Under the pieces are notes generated by a model that made no database searches, had not been told where the DNA came from, and worked only from the letters and a program-made list of their open reading frames with translations. Both the position numbers and the translations under genes were made by a program. From the human T2T-CHM13v2.0 reference genome, Homo sapiens: DNA of 64,000 nt. This document shows, one piece after another, positions 62,097-64,000 of this stretch; within the stretch, counting starts at the first letter, position 1; each line of letters starts with the position of its first letter. The stretch lies in the NCBI RefSeq assembly GCF_009914755.1, contig NC_060932.1. One strand, 5' to 3'.

Positions 62097-63029
62097 AATA
62101 ATCTTTTCACTAAAGATAATCTAGATTAATTGAATAAATCAGCTTGAATTAAAACTCATCAATGTGCAACATTTAGATACCTAGTACGATTTTTTTATAA
62201 AGCAAATCATGCTTAGATAAACACAGACCTGATTTGTCTTTGTAAATACTGGGTTCTCTGCTATTGGCACAATATGAAACTGAGGCGTGGAGGTGTGTTG
62301 CCTGCTGTAAATGGCTAATAGTTTTTAAAAGTGTTCAGTAACCAGATTTTCAAAGCACTGTTATTATGAGTTTGTCCTTTTGCCTCTCATTTTATTCTAG
62401 GGGATTGGGCTGTGCAACCAGGGCTTTTCTAAAGCACCTAGAAGTTACAACCACACTCACTCTCCCCAGACCCTGGGTTTCTAATCTTAATTATTCCTCC
62501 CAACACTTGCTGATACCTATGTTGAAATTTTCAAACCTGTCTTGTGTTGAGGCTTTATAATAAATAATTCTTAACTGAATCACCCTCAACATCTAGGATG
62601 ATCTTTTGGGGAAAACATCTGTTTCGGCATGATCCCCTAAGATTTTCTCCAGGGTTACTTTTAGAGCCACTTGTTTAAAGATTCAAACATGTGATCAGTG
62701 TCACTATTCATATTTGTTAAAAAGAACTTTTATTATTGTTCATATGTAGACAAATAGCAGAACCAATTTTCAATAAAAACATTTGTCAACACCATGGAGA
62801 CACAGGATGTCACTGAACGATTTTGCTAAACATATCTATGCAAAAAATTTCTCTTTCCTATTTCCTCACCAACACAAGCTTGGCTTCAGGATTAGTTTCG
62901 AACTCAAGGACTTTGCAAGATTGCTTAAGTATAGAAGATTGTCATTAATACCTTTGCTTCAGAATAGTCCACCTAGACCACTCACAATCATATTCTAAAA
63001 TGCAAGCATCTTGGTAATGACAAAGCAAA

Positions 63030-64000
63030 AATCATTAGTAGAAATACAAAATGAAAATAGAAAAGGATTCAAAGCGTACGACTACAGAAAATGATCAAAC
63101 CATGAAGGAAGACAGGATAAGAGGAAGAAAGAAATGAAGTATTTCCAAAACAACTAACAAAATGGCATGAGCAAGTATTTACCTATCAGTAAGTACCACG
63201 AATGTAAATTTAAATTCTCCAGTAAAAAGACACAGTGACTGAATGGATAAAACAAAATAGAAAAACAAAAACAAAACAAGACCCAACTATATCCTGCCTA
63301 CAAGACACTAACTTTTAAGGAAACAAATAGACTGAAAGTGATGGAATGGGAAGAGATATTTCATGCAAAGGAAACCCAATGAGAGTAGGGATACTTGTTT
63401 CAGATAAAATAGACCTTAACTCAAAAACTATAAAAATAGACAAAGACATTATCCAATGATAAAAGGTCAATTCATCCAGAGGATATAACAATTGTAGATA
63501 TATAAGCACCCAACATTAGAGGACCTAAACATATAATACAAATACTAAGGGACCTGAAAGGAGAGTAGATCACAGTATAATAATAATAGGGGACTTCCAT
63601 ACCTCATTTCACAATGGATAGAGCATCCAGATGGAAAGTTAATAAGGAAATACTGGACTTGAACAACACTTTAGACCAAATAGATCTAACAGACATATGC
63701 AGAACATTCCATATAACAGCAACAGATATACATTCTTCTTAAGTACACGAAACATTCTTCAGGATAAATTGTATTAGGGCACAAATCAAACCTTAGCAAA
63801 TTTTGAAAGACTGAAATTATATCAAGTATTTTTTCTAACCATAATGGTATGAAACTAGAAATCAATGCCAGGAGTAATTTCAGAAAATTCACAAATGCGT
63901 GGAAATTAAATAACATACTCCAAAATAATCATTAAGTCAATGAAGAAATTAAAAGGGAAATTTAAAAAAAAATCTTGATCTTGAGACAATCAAAAATGGG
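63030..64000 (+). mobile_element. L1 (L1MA/PB-age) inter-ORF region and ORF2 endonuclease, runs off the window
   Basis: QDPTISCLQ, IIIGDFHT and FSNHNGMKLEIN remnants, with stops. Confidence 0.85.

Overview
Human genomic DNA (a near-consensus AluYb8, a human-specific subfamily, sits at 61777-62096). The window is repeat-dense and I can recognise no intact protein-coding gene; most ORF-track entries are Alu, L1 or MaLR read-throughs. It holds about 45 Alu pieces, young and old L1 fragments, L2, MIR and L3/CR1 relics, three full LTR-int-LTR MaLR proviruses (THE1C-like with a nested MER50, THE1A, MSTA), several solo LTRs and a decayed RPL13 processed pseudogene. The most unusual signal is a fossil non-mammalian-type (L1/Tx1-clade) reverse transcriptase in apparently unique DNA at ~16.25-17.33 kb (minus strand, YADD intact), with a possible matching APE endonuclease in the opposite orientation at ~22.4-23.1 kb. 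Also notable: three templated-insertion repair scars, a CpG-retaining solo ERV1 LTR with a 30-bp x3 repeat, and stacked reuse of one L1 endonuclease site. Subfamily names are from memory of consensus sequences, not a database search; boundaries without a cited TSD are approximate.
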